NCBI GenBank assembly: GCA_046597635.1
Contig: JBKJKD010000144.1
Span: forward strand, 2,905-66,904
Origin: Ferruginibacter sp.
GTDB taxonomy: Bacteria; Bacteroidota; Bacteroidia; Chitinophagales; Chitinophagaceae
Direction: 5' to 3'
DNA length: 64,000 nucleotides
Part shown: piece after piece, positions 1 to 8,898 of the stretch
How the letters are laid out: each line of letters begins with the position of its first letter
How positions within the stretch are numbered: position 1 is the first letter of the stretch
Made by a program: the position numbers and the translations under genes
Notes under the pieces: generated by a model
What the model was told of the DNA's origin: nothing
Databases searched by the model: none
The model's input: only the letters and a program-made list of their open reading frames with translations

Positions 1-2
1 CG

Positions 3-770
3 GCCAAAGAAAACAACCTAATAGCAAAATCTTTTGATGCAACCATGGGCTACGAAACCTGGGAAAATAATCGCAGCAACCGTTTTATGGATTTGATTAA
101 ACCCATGAGCAAAATAAGCTATGATGATTTTAAAAGAATAAAGTTTGACCGGCAACTGCCGCAACAACTGGCCTACATTGGTACAAACGTAGATACCCTG
201 TTTATGCTGAATGAAAAGGACCACCCAGCCATCGCAGATCTGATTGTTACGCTTAAAAAATGGGATCGACTGGCAACTGTGCAAAGTGAAGGTGCTGCAG
301 CGTTCGGTATTTTATATTACTACATATCTGATAAAATTAACCAGGGCGAAAAAGGATATAGCAATCTTACCAAAGAAAAAACGATAGAAGCTATTACTTA
401 CACAAAAAGCTATTTGCTTTCCAACTTCGGAAAAACAACTGTTACACTGGGGGAGTATCAAAAACTGGTGAAGGGCAACAAAGCAATTGGATTGCCCGGC
501 CTGCCAGACGTAATTGCCAGCATGGAAAGTGAACCTTATAAAAAGGGAATGGTGAAAGGCAGGCAGGGAGAGAGTTTCGTTCAACTGGTGAATTTTACCA
601 AAGAGGGTCCTAAAATAGAGACGATCCATAGTTATGGCGCCAGTAAAAAATTAGGGAAGCCACATGTGGACGATCAGATGGAAATGTTTGTGGCAGATAA
701 ACTTAAACCAATGACGCTTGACAAAGCAACTGTTTATAAAAATGCGGAAAGAGTTTACCATCCGAAGTAA
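3..770 (+). CDS. Penicillin acylase / Ntn-hydrolase family protein, C-terminal part (runs off the left edge)
   Basis: Frame is open from position 3. The C-terminal pattern G..GESFVQLVNF...HSYGAS...PHVDDQMEMF resembles Bacteroidota penicillin-acylase beta-chain ends. Confidence 0.75.
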   Translation, partial: AKENNLIAKSFDATMGYETWENNRSNRFMDLIKPMSKISYDDFKRIKFDRQLPQQLAYIGTNVDTLFMLNEKDHPAIADLIVTLKKWDRLATVQSEGAAAFGILYYYISDKINQGEKGYSNLTKEKTIEAITYTKSYLLSNFGKTTVTLGEYQKLVKGNKAIGLPGLPDVIASMESEPYKKGMVKGRQGESFVQLVNFTKEGPKIETIHSYGASKKLGKPHVDDQMEMFVADKLKPMTLDKATVYKNAERVYHPK

Positions 771-778
771 AGCTACCA

Positions 779-2257
779 TTACTCATTGCTTGCCGCGGCT
801 ACTTTTGCAAATGCAACCAGTTGCCAGTAAGGTGGCTGATATTGGTTTTGTATCATAAAGCCATCAACCAATATTTGTGTCTCCGCTTTTACTTTTTTGT
901 TCATCGCAACAAAGGATTCATTCTTTAGCGCTTGGGTGGCGCTCATCCCCTCAGGAATCAAACCTGGTTTACCAAACAGGTTCTTTATCATACAATATCC
1001 TTTAATTACTCTCGCAAGAGGAAGCTGCCAAATATTATATCCAATTTTTTTTCCGTCATCGGCTTGCTCCAGGAGTGCATCCATCACGGCATTATCAATA
1101 TGATCTTTAAATAAAGTTGCAGGGTCCCGCCATTCTGCTACTACAGAGAGTTGTGGATCGTACTCCAGATCGGAGGGCATTTGTGTTACAAAATTTTCTA
1201 CGCCAAAATCATGCAGCCAGTTTACAACGCCCTGCGAAGAGATCGTAGAAAGCGATGGCCACAGTTGTACCCCTTTTTGTTTGTAGGCATAGGAAGCTAC
1301 CTCTGAACAAAACATAGCAGAGGAATCGAAAAAATTCATTTTAAAATCATAAGGAATATGCCGGGCAAAAGATTCGTCATATATTTTCCTGGCAGCTTTT
1401 TGCGGAAGCATGGGATCAGATAGCATAGCAGCAAGATCGGCTCTTGGCCTCATCACCATAAAACGTAATTTTTTATCTTTCTCATATTGTTGAACAGTGG
1501 CGACAGCCACCCCCCGTTCTATGTGTGATTCAATCAAAAAAGGAGTATTTGTTTTTTCATCCACATAACATAAAGCCACGTGAGAATAATTGCCGGGATA
1601 ATCATTTCCCCTTGAAATTAAAGCAGAAACTTCTGCACCGCCACGGGACACCAGGAGGTCGCCACTGTGCACCTTTAGACCAAATATAAAAGCGGATGGA
1701 GTGCCGGACTTCTCATCTTTAACCAACATTGCGGGTGGAAATTCGGCTCCATTAGTTTGAAGCAGTACTTCTTCTATAGCAGCCCTCATGCCGTATAACA
1801 TGCTGTACAAGGTGTTGCGTGCAAGTGGGTCCTGCAAGTTCCAATGCTGAGACTGCAGCTTGATATAATTACGCATCTGGTTGTAATAATTGATATACCA
1901 AACAAGTTCGCCAGGCTTTACGGCAATAAGCGGTGCAAGGGAAAAGAAAGTATGTTGGAGCGTAGCAAAATTGGTATCGCCTGCGGCAATTTGTTGTTGC
2001 TCAATGAGCACAAACTGCGCTGTAGCTTTTGCTTTTAAAACAGCAATGCTACTGTCTAACTGATAAGCCGGCAACTGTTTGCTTTTACGAAAATCGTTTT
2101 CTAATTGCTCCCAGAGCTTATCACTGTTCCATGCGAATGGTCTTGCATTTGCCTCAACCAAAGTTTCCCTTTTTTGAGCGTCTGGGATCATCAAAAGCAG
2201 GTACAACAAGAACGCTAAACTGAGGACTTTTATAATTTGTATTTTGAATTTTTTCAT
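779..2257 (-). CDS. YiiX/YebB-like permuted papain (NlpC/P60, C92) amidase with N-terminal anchor
   Basis: GDLLVSRG...YSHVAL (His) precedes YDF...MFCSEV (Cys), the permuted order. Hydrophobic N-terminus. Confidence 0.8.
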   Translation of the reverse strand: MKKFKIQIIKVLSLAFLLYLLLMIPDAQKRETLVEANARPFAWNSDKLWEQLENDFRKSKQLPAYQLDSSIAVLKAKATAQFVLIEQQQIAAGDTNFATLQHTFFSLAPLIAVKPGELVWYINYYNQMRNYIKLQSQHWNLQDPLARNTLYSMLYGMRAAIEEVLLQTNGAEFPPAMLVKDEKSGTPSAFIFGLKVHSGDLLVSRGGAEVSALISRGNDYPGNYSHVALCYVDEKTNTPFLIESHIERGVAVATVQQYEKDKKLRFMVMRPRADLAAMLSDPMLPQKAARKIYDESFARHIPYDFKMNFFDSSAMFCSEVASYAYKQKGVQLWPSLSTISSQGVVNWLHDFGVENFVTQMPSDLEYDPQLSVVAEWRDPATLFKDHIDNAVMDALLEQADDGKKIGYNIWQLPLARVIKGYCMIKNLFGKPGLIPEGMSATQALKNESFVAMNKKVKAETQILVDGFMIQNQYQPPYWQLVAFAKVAAASNE

Positions 2258-2273
2258 TGCTGCTGAACCGTCT

Positions 2274-3464
2274 CTAATTTTTTATTTGCCCATCTAATAC
2301 CCCAGTAATTATATTGCAGGCTGCCAAAATATCTTCATCCCGTATATTGAGAGGCGGCACAATTCTTAAGGCTTGGGCGGCAAAGAGAAACCAATCGGTA
2401 AATACACCCTTTTCTATGCAAGCATCAATGATGGCTTTGTTGGTTTCGTAACTATCAAACTCTACTGCCATCATGAGACCGACACTGTTGATGTTCTTAA
2501 TTTTCGGATGCGCAAGATGCGCCCGGAATAAAGCTTCTTTTCTTTTCACATCTTTTATCAAATCATCGTTTAGTAATACATTGAATGCTGCCAAGCCTGC
2601 GGCGCAGCTCACCGGGTGGCCACCAAAAGTATTGATATGACCCAGCACAGGATTATAGGAAAGCGTATCCATTAATTTTTTATCGGCTATAAAAGCTCCA
2701 AGGGGCATACCGCCGCCAAGCGCTTTACCCAGTAAAAGAATATCGGGTACCACATCAAATTGTTCAAAGGCCCAGAGGCTGCCATTGCGGCCAAAGCCAC
2801 ATTGAATTTCATCGAGCACCAGCAAAGCGCCCACATCTGTGCAGCGCTGGCGAAGCGCTTTGAGCCAGCCGTTTTGTGGAGGCAACACGCCGGCTTCGGC
2901 TTGAATAGTTTCTGCAACCACACATGCTGTGCGACAGCTTATTTGTTGGAGCTGCTCTACATTGTTATAATCTAATTGCAGAATATCCGGCAGCAAAGGC
3001 CGGAAAGCCTGCTGCCAATACTCACTGCCCATAATGCTAAGTGCGCCTTGTGTGCTGCCATGATAAGAGTTTTTAAAAGAAATAATTTGTGTGCGGCCGG
3101 TTGACCGCTTGGCAAGTTTCATAGCGCCTTCTGTGGCTTCGCTACCACTGGCTGTATAAAAAACGGAGTGGAGTGAAGCTGGCAGATGGTCGGTGAGTTT
3201 TTTTGCGTACGCTACCTGTGGATTTTCTACCAGTTCGCCATACACCATGATGTGGAGGTAGGCATCTGCCTGGTTTTTGATGGCTTGTACCACAGCCGGG
3301 TGGCGGTGCCCTATATTGCAAACGCTGATGCCGCCAATAATATCAATGTATTCCTTTCCATCTGCATCCCACATTTTGCTGCCCTCTGCTTTTACAATAT
3401 TGAGACATAAGGGAGCTTCAGAAGTTTGGCCTACATGATCTAAAAAAAGCTGGCGATTGTTCAT
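2274..3464 (-). CDS. Class III PLP aminotransferase (acetylornithine aminotransferase-like)
   Basis: SGSEATEGA, FKNSYHG, DEIQCGFGRNG, LLGKALGGG (PLP Lys), TFGGHP. Confidence 0.9.
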   Translation of the reverse strand: MNNRQLFLDHVGQTSEAPLCLNIVKAEGSKMWDADGKEYIDIIGGISVCNIGHRHPAVVQAIKNQADAYLHIMVYGELVENPQVAYAKKLTDHLPASLHSVFYTASGSEATEGAMKLAKRSTGRTQIISFKNSYHGSTQGALSIMGSEYWQQAFRPLLPDILQLDYNNVEQLQQISCRTACVVAETIQAEAGVLPPQNGWLKALRQRCTDVGALLVLDEIQCGFGRNGSLWAFEQFDVVPDILLLGKALGGGMPLGAFIADKKLMDTLSYNPVLGHINTFGGHPVSCAAGLAAFNVLLNDDLIKDVKRKEALFRAHLAHPKIKNINSVGLMMAVEFDSYETNKAIIDACIEKGVFTDWFLFAAQALRIVPPLNIRDEDILAACNIITGVLDGQIKN

Positions 3465-3725
3465 TTGGGAATCTTATAATAATTAGTGCGAAATTAGCGG
3501 ATAGTTTCACGCAAAGGAAAGAAGATCCGCAAAGTCGCAACTTAAACGGCAGCAAATTGGTACATGGAGTGGAAATAAGTTGCCAATAGGTATACGGTAC
3601 AAGTGAGTGACACAACAATGTTGAGTAGTATTCCAAATGCTGGCTAAACAAAATTTTATAACTTTTTAACCAATCTTCTCCGAACAAGGTTCCCCATTCA
3701 GGGGGCGGAGGGGGCTATAATTATT

Positions 3726-4238
3726 ATGAGTTTAATACTTCCGGTAAATGGTGTGCTGCCCCAAATGGGCGAAGATTGTTTTATTGCTCCCAATGCTACC
3801 ATCGTGGGCGATGTGATCATGGGCGATCAATGCAGTGTATGGTTTAATGCGGTGATAAGGGGCGATGTGAACAGTGTAAGAATGGGAAACAAGGTGAATG
3901 TACAGGACGGTGCCGTTATCCATTGCACTTTTGAAAAAACAAAAGCCATTATTGGAAATAATGTGAGCATCGGACACAATGCAATCGTACATGGATGCGT
4001 TATATACGATAATGTGCTAATTGGTATGGGTTCTATTGTGATGGACAATGCCCAGATTGGTAGCAACAGTATCATAGCAGCAGGGGCTGTTGTGTTAGAG
4101 AACACGGTAGTAGAACCTGGATCTATTTACGCTGGTGTACCAGCCAAAAAAGTAAAAGACATTAGCCAGGAACTGATCAGTGGAGAAATAAACCGGATTG
4201 CCGAAAATTATTTGAAGTACAGTGGGTGGTTTAAATAG
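3726..4238 (+). CDS. Gamma carbonic anhydrase family protein
   Basis: Hexapeptide repeats, IRGDVN, NVQDGAVIH, IGHNAIVHGC. Confidence 0.92.
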   Translation: MSLILPVNGVLPQMGEDCFIAPNATIVGDVIMGDQCSVWFNAVIRGDVNSVRMGNKVNVQDGAVIHCTFEKTKAIIGNNVSIGHNAIVHGCVIYDNVLIGMGSIVMDNAQIGSNSIIAAGAVVLENTVVEPGSIYAGVPAKKVKDISQELISGEINRIAENYLKYSGWFK

Positions 4239-4337
4239 AGGGGTTAGAGAGTTTAGAGGTTTAGGGGTTTAGAGTTTAGAGTTTAAAAGTTTAGGGGGGT
4301 TTAGAAGTTTAGGGTTTAGAGGTTTAGGGAGTTTGGG
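4239..4337. repeat. Low-complexity (GTTTAGR)n array, period about 7-8
   Basis: gggttagagagtttagaggtttaggggtttagagtttagagtttaaaagtttaggggggtttagaagtttagggtttagaggtttagggagtttggg. Confidence 0.85.
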
Positions 4338-4393
4338 TTGAATAAAAAGGGAACTTCACACTAATCAGTAACGATGTTTTTTATCTTTAAAAT

Positions 4394-4579
4394 ATGAAAA
4401 AAATTATCCTTTCTCTTTTTGTGCTTACGCTGCTGAGCAGCTGCTTTATATTTAAGAAGAAGGAAAAATATGGTTGTCCCGGCAGCCCGCAGCCCGGTCA
4501 GCTTACCAACGACCAAAAGATAGCGAGTGGCCAAAAGGTGAAAGAAACGAAATATAGAGGTGGCAAAAAAGGCTACTAG
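4394..4579 (+). CDS. Small basic lipoprotein (61 aa), function unknown
   Basis: MKK, hydrophobic stretch and lipobox LSSC; Lys-rich mature part with YGCP. Confidence 0.7.
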   Translation: MKKIILSLFVLTLLSSCFIFKKKEKYGCPGSPQPGQLTNDQKIASGQKVKETKYRGGKKGY

Positions 4580-4632
4580 TTACAACAAATATCAAATACC
4601 CTGATTCCTTTTACCCATAAAAACCTACATCC

Positions 4633-4935
4633 ATGTGTTACTCACTTAAAACGAAGTATGGCGGCACCGAAGCCGTTATAGACGACAATTGCGGCATTTC
4701 AAAATTTTATGCCATTGCTAATACTTTAGCCGATCACCTTCAAATTCAGTTTTTGAACCAGATAGATGATGCCGACACTCTGGACTGGGACTTTCGCTAC
4801 AAAGACCAGTTTCTCACCTTACACTACAATATATTTAACGGTGTGAGCATTTACCCGCAAAAACAAAAAAGCCTGAAGAAGGAAAACAAAGCGGTAATGG
4901 AAGTGGCGCAGTTTTTAGAAAGCAAAGCGTATTAG
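4633..4935 (+). CDS. Hypothetical protein (100 aa), possibly DUF3630-like
   Basis: Clean ORF with D..TLDWDFRYK...LTLHY; the family assignment is from recollection only. Confidence 0.6.
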   Translation: MCYSLKTKYGGTEAVIDDNCGISKFYAIANTLADHLQIQFLNQIDDADTLDWDFRYKDQFLTLHYNIFNGVSIYPQKQKSLKKENKAVMEVAQFLESKAY

Positions 4936-4939
4936 GAGG

Positions 4940-5097
4940 TTTTGAAAGGTTCAAGAGGTTCAAGAGGTTTCAAAGGTTTAACGTTTAAGGTTTAAAGTTG
5001 TAGGCACTTCAAGATTCCATTCAGGACTGCGAAGATTTGACTTTTCACCTTTGACCTTTCACTTTGCACTTACGCCCTTTCACCTTTGACCAGCCCC
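4940..5097. repeat. Composite heptad repeat: (AGGTTCA/AGGTTTA)n, ~30-nt core, (TTTCACC/TTTGACC)n
   Basis: Directly visible; same architecture as 62880-63125 read on the minus strand. Confidence 0.75.
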
Positions 5098-5101
5098 CGT
5101 A

Positions 5102-6025
5102 TCAATAACTCTTATCCTCAATCGTATCCCTGATGTTTAAATAACTCAGGTAACGCTCGTGATGAATCGTGCCTTCATTGACGGCATCTTTTACGGCGCA
5201 GCCGGGTTCTTCTATGTGGTTGCAGTCGTTGAACTGGCAATCGTTCATAACTGAACGCATTTCAGGGAAATAATGTGCGAGCTCCTCTTTGCTTACATCT
5301 ACAATACCCATCTCCCTGATGCCCGGTGTGTCTATCACCTTACCGCCAAAGGGCAGGTCAAACATCTCTGCGAAAGTGGTAGTATGCATACCCTTCCCAC
5401 TCCATCCACTCACTTCTTTTGTTCTTAATTTAAGTTCCGGAAAAATATAATTGATAAAGGTAGACTTGCCCACACCAGAGTGGCCACTAAGTAAAGTGAT
5501 CTTGTCTTTTAGCACAGCCTGCACATCGTCTAACCCAGTATTCTTTTCTATGCTGATTAATTTTACGGTATAACCGATAGGCTCGTAAATACTTTTAACC
5601 AGTTCAAATTTTTCTTCTTCTTTTTTCTTGTAGAGGTCGGCTTTGTTAAATACGATGATGGCGGGCACCCGGTACGCCTCCGATATTACAAGGAAGCGAT
5701 CTATAAAACCAAGCGATGTTTTAGGGTCCTTTAATGTGGCAAACAAAAGACTCTGATCCAGATTGGCCGCTACGATGTGATGCTGATTTCTGTTGTGGGG
5801 CGATGTGCGGTTGATGTAGTTACTGCGCTCATGCACGGTGGTAATGATGGTACTCTCCTCCTGGGTTTGATTTTCTATTTCTACCCAGTCACCCACAGCA
5901 ATGGGGTTGGTAGAAGTGATGCCGCCAATTTTTAATTTGCCCACCATTCTTGCATTGTGTGTAATGCCATCCATGTCTTTTACCTGGTACCAACTGCCGG
6001 TAGATTTGTAAACAAGCGCCCTCAT
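5102..6025 (-). CDS. rsgA: Ribosome small subunit-dependent GTPase A
   Basis: NKAD, GHSGVGKST, GMHTTT, DTPG, Zn motif CQFNDCNH..EPGC. Confidence 0.97.
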   Translation of the reverse strand: MRALVYKSTGSWYQVKDMDGITHNARMVGKLKIGGITSTNPIAVGDWVEIENQTQEESTIITTVHERSNYINRTSPHNRNQHHIVAANLDQSLLFATLKDPKTSLGFIDRFLVISEAYRVPAIIVFNKADLYKKKEEEKFELVKSIYEPIGYTVKLISIEKNTGLDDVQAVLKDKITLLSGHSGVGKSTFINYIFPELKLRTKEVSGWSGKGMHTTTFAEMFDLPFGGKVIDTPGIREMGIVDVSKEELAHYFPEMRSVMNDCQFNDCNHIEEPGCAVKDAVNEGTIHHERYLSYLNIRDTIEDKSY

Positions 6026-6059
6026 GGCTGCAAGATAACAAGATTATGACTCATAATTT

Positions 6060-7061
6060 TTAGGGGAACTTGCGCAGTACGAGGTAACGGAGCAAAACTT
6101 CGAGCAATAAAAAAAACAAAGCAGCTGCCACAAAGGGAAGAAATTTATCGTTGTAACGAATGGTGTTAATCACCTGCACTTTTGATTTTTCAAGGCCATC
6201 AATTTCTGTGTAAATGCCGTTGAGAGATTCATTGTCTTTTGCCCTGAAATATCTACCGCCGGTTTCTGTAGCAATCTCGGTGAGGAGTTTTTCATCTATA
6301 GAAACTTTGAAAGGTTGATTGACCACACCAGCAGGGGTATTCTCTGGTAAGTTGGCATAACCATCAGACCCAACACCAATAGTATATACCCTTACGGCAA
6401 AGGCTTTGGCAATTTCTTTGGCCGTTTTGGGATCTATGAGACCCCCGTTATTTTCTCCATCGGTAAGCAGTATCACTACTTTTGTTTTCGATTTGCTGTT
6501 GCGAATTCTATCTACACTGGTTGATAACCCGGAACCAATGGCAGTACCATCTTCCAACAAACCGTGCCGGATATTTTTAATGGCAGCTACCAATACAGTG
6601 CGGTCTGTAGTGAGTGGACATTGCGTAAAACTTTCACCAGAAAAGATAACAATACCAATTCTATCGGTTACCCGCCTGTTTACAAAATCGATGGCTACCT
6701 GTTTGGCAGCTTCGAGGCGGTTTGGTGTAAAATCTCTTGCGGTCATACTACCGCTCACATCAATACACAAAATAATATCTACGCCTTCACCTTCGGTTCG
6801 CTGGTCTTCGTTGCGCACCTGTGGCTTTGCCAAAGCGGTAATAATAAATGCAAGACAAAGCAAGCGGCAGGCAAATGGCAAATGCCTCAAAGCAGAGCGC
6901 CATGTTTGCAAACCAAAGGCACCCGTACCGGATACGATTACCGAAGCTGTGCGCTTTGTATTGGTCCTGATGTACCAAACAAGCAACAGCGGTAGCAGTA
7001 TCATCAACCCAAAAAAGATGGGCTGGGTAAATTCAATGTTATGTAAGTAGTCAAATATCAA
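6060..7061 (-). CDS. batA: VWA domain membrane protein BatA
   Basis: N-terminal TM pair, MIDAS DVSGSM, DGTAIG, LLTDGENN, C-terminal TM; follows moxR-DUF58. Confidence 0.88.
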   Translation of the reverse strand: MIFDYLHNIEFTQPIFFGLMILLPLLLVWYIRTNTKRTASVIVSGTGAFGLQTWRSALRHLPFACRLLCLAFIITALAKPQVRNEDQRTEGEGVDIILCIDVSGSMTARDFTPNRLEAAKQVAIDFVNRRVTDRIGIVIFSGESFTQCPLTTDRTVLVAAIKNIRHGLLEDGTAIGSGLSTSVDRIRNSKSKTKVVILLTDGENNGGLIDPKTAKEIAKAFAVRVYTIGVGSDGYANLPENTPAGVVNQPFKVSIDEKLLTEIATETGGRYFRAKDNESLNGIYTEIDGLEKSKVQVINTIRYNDKFLPFVAAALFFLLLEVLLRYLVLRKFP

Positions 7062-7075
7062 TGATCACACAAATT

Positions 7076-8002
7076 TTAAAAGCTTGATTTTTTTTCTAAA
7101 TGTTCTATCGCAGCCTTGATCTGTAATACAGATTGCTCTGTTTGCGACACAGGTGGATTATACTTTGCAAACTTTACAGCGTCGCCACAACGCAGCGCTT
7201 CTGCTGCACCAGACACCACCTGCGCATCCTTTGCCTGTTGCTGCAGTTGCAGCAATAAGTCGCCCGTGGTGATGCTCATCATGTTCCTGTTTGCTTTGCG
7301 ACTATAATATTTTTTAAACACATCGCTCAGGGAGAGGTAGTACGTCTTTTGTGATGCTGCATCAGCGGGAAGTTCCTTTTGCATTTTTTGCAAAGCCTTC
7401 ATGGCTTCATCATAAGCCGACTGTGCCGTGTTAAACAATGGCGGCGCTTTTTTCTTCCTGGTTTTAAAATAGCGGTAGACAAAGTAGGCCAATATCAACG
7501 CCAATATAATACCGGCTGCTATGTACATCCACTGCCGGTCTATCACAAATACTTCCATTACCGGCTTGATGTCCCGCAGTTGATCGGTGCTGTCGGCGGG
7601 TGAATACCCTACCCTAACAAGAAAGGAATCGCTTAAGAATTTTTGTGTAGCCTTGTTGGGAAAAGAAATACTAACAGGAAACGAAGGAATCTTCCAAACG
7701 CCAGAATCGAAGCTAGTAAACACGATGGATTGCCTCAAAGTGTACACACCAGTGGCGTCTGTGGTATCATATTTATTTTGATCTATAATTTCAAAATGAG
7801 GAACCGAGTCGGGGATGTCAATATCAATTCTGTAAGATGAGTTAGCCAGGTTGATTTTTATCTCAAACTTCACCTGCTCGCCAATTAAGATGTCGTTGGT
7901 ATTGATAGCTGTTCTTACAGCCTGGGCAGACAACTGCTGTCCCCCGGCAAACAAGAAAAACAACAATAAAAAACTATGATATAGAGTATACTTCGCAGTC
8001 AT
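7076..8002 (-). CDS. BatD/DUF4381-like membrane protein of the moxR-bat locus
   Basis: Signal peptide, IGEQV, FDSGVWKIP, LRDIKP, single TM, C-terminal D.VKFAKY.P. Confidence 0.75.
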   Translation of the reverse strand: MTAKYTLYHSFLLLFFLFAGGQQLSAQAVRTAINTNDILIGEQVKFEIKINLANSSYRIDIDIPDSVPHFEIIDQNKYDTTDATGVYTLRQSIVFTSFDSGVWKIPSFPVSISFPNKATQKFLSDSFLVRVGYSPADSTDQLRDIKPVMEVFVIDRQWMYIAAGIILALILAYFVYRYFKTRKKKAPPLFNTAQSAYDEAMKALQKMQKELPADAASQKTYYLSLSDVFKKYYSRKANRNMMSITTGDLLLQLQQQAKDAQVVSGAAEALRCGDAVKFAKYNPPVSQTEQSVLQIKAAIEHLEKKSSF

Positions 8003-8020
8003 TAGAATAGAACAGGCCTT

Positions 8021-8890
8021 TTAGGTTCTTCTTAAAAAAAACAATTGTAAAATTTTCACATAATCTTCGTCAGTGCGTATATGTAATAATTCTGCACCTG
8101 CTTTTCTAAAATATCTTTTTACCAGTTCTGTTTGGTTTAGAAAATGCTGCTGGTAGTTTTGCCGCACCATGGCACTTCCTGTATCTACCCATTGAGTGCG
8201 CCCGGTCTCCGCATCCTGCATTTGCAAAAGCCCTACTTCAGGCAATTGCATATCCATCTTATCGTAAACTTTTAACCCTATTACATCGTGACGTTTGCCA
8301 ATAACTTTTAAATCATTTTCGTAGCCGGTGTCCAGGAAATCGCTCAGTAAAAAAGCGATGCTCTTTTGCCTGGTGGTATTGTTGAAGTAGCGGATAGCCT
8401 CATCAATATTGGTACCCTGTGCCTGCGGTTCTACGGTGAGCAGTTCCCGCACAATGTACAATCCATGCTGGCGTCCTTTTTTTGGCGGAATATATTTTTC
8501 AATCTTATTGCTGAAAAATATGACTCCCACTTTATCGTTGTTGTTTATGGCGCTAAAGGCAAGAATGGCTGCCATTTCTATAATCAAATCTTTTTTTCGT
8601 TTGCCGGTTGTGCCAAACAAGTTACTGTTACTGGTATCTATCAACAGCATCATTACCAGCTCCCGCTCTTCTTCAAATACTTTAGAAAATGGATGAGCGT
8701 AGCGTGCACTCACATTCCAATCTATGAACCGCACATCATCGCCAGCGCTGTATTCCTTCACCTCTCTAAAGCTCATACCTTTGCCCTTAAAAGCAGAGTG
8801 ATACTCGCCTGTAAAAAGCTGGGTGGTAATCTTCTTGCTTTTTATTTCAAGTTCTTTTACCTTTTTTAGTATGTCGGCGGTGGTTAGCAT
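8021..8890 (-). CDS. DUF58 domain protein
   Basis: GEYHSAFKGKGMSFREVKEY..GDDVRFIDWNVSAR, FEEEREL, SDFLD. Confidence 0.95.
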   Translation of the reverse strand: MLTTADILKKVKELEIKSKKITTQLFTGEYHSAFKGKGMSFREVKEYSAGDDVRFIDWNVSARYAHPFSKVFEEERELVMMLLIDTSNSNLFGTTGKRKKDLIIEMAAILAFSAINNNDKVGVIFFSNKIEKYIPPKKGRQHGLYIVRELLTVEPQAQGTNIDEAIRYFNNTTRQKSIAFLLSDFLDTGYENDLKVIGKRHDVIGLKVYDKMDMQLPEVGLLQMQDAETGRTQWVDTGSAMVRQNYQQHFLNQTELVKRYFRKAGAELLHIRTDEDYVKILQLFFLRRT

Positions 8891-8898
8891 GAAGAAAG

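Noticed and set aside
6406-7050. Long antisense/alternate-frame ORFs in the track (e.g. 6406-7050, 8366-8869, 44185-44748, 48677-49198)
   Set aside because: They lie wholly opposite or within well-supported genes and have no recognisable motifs; treated as shadows.
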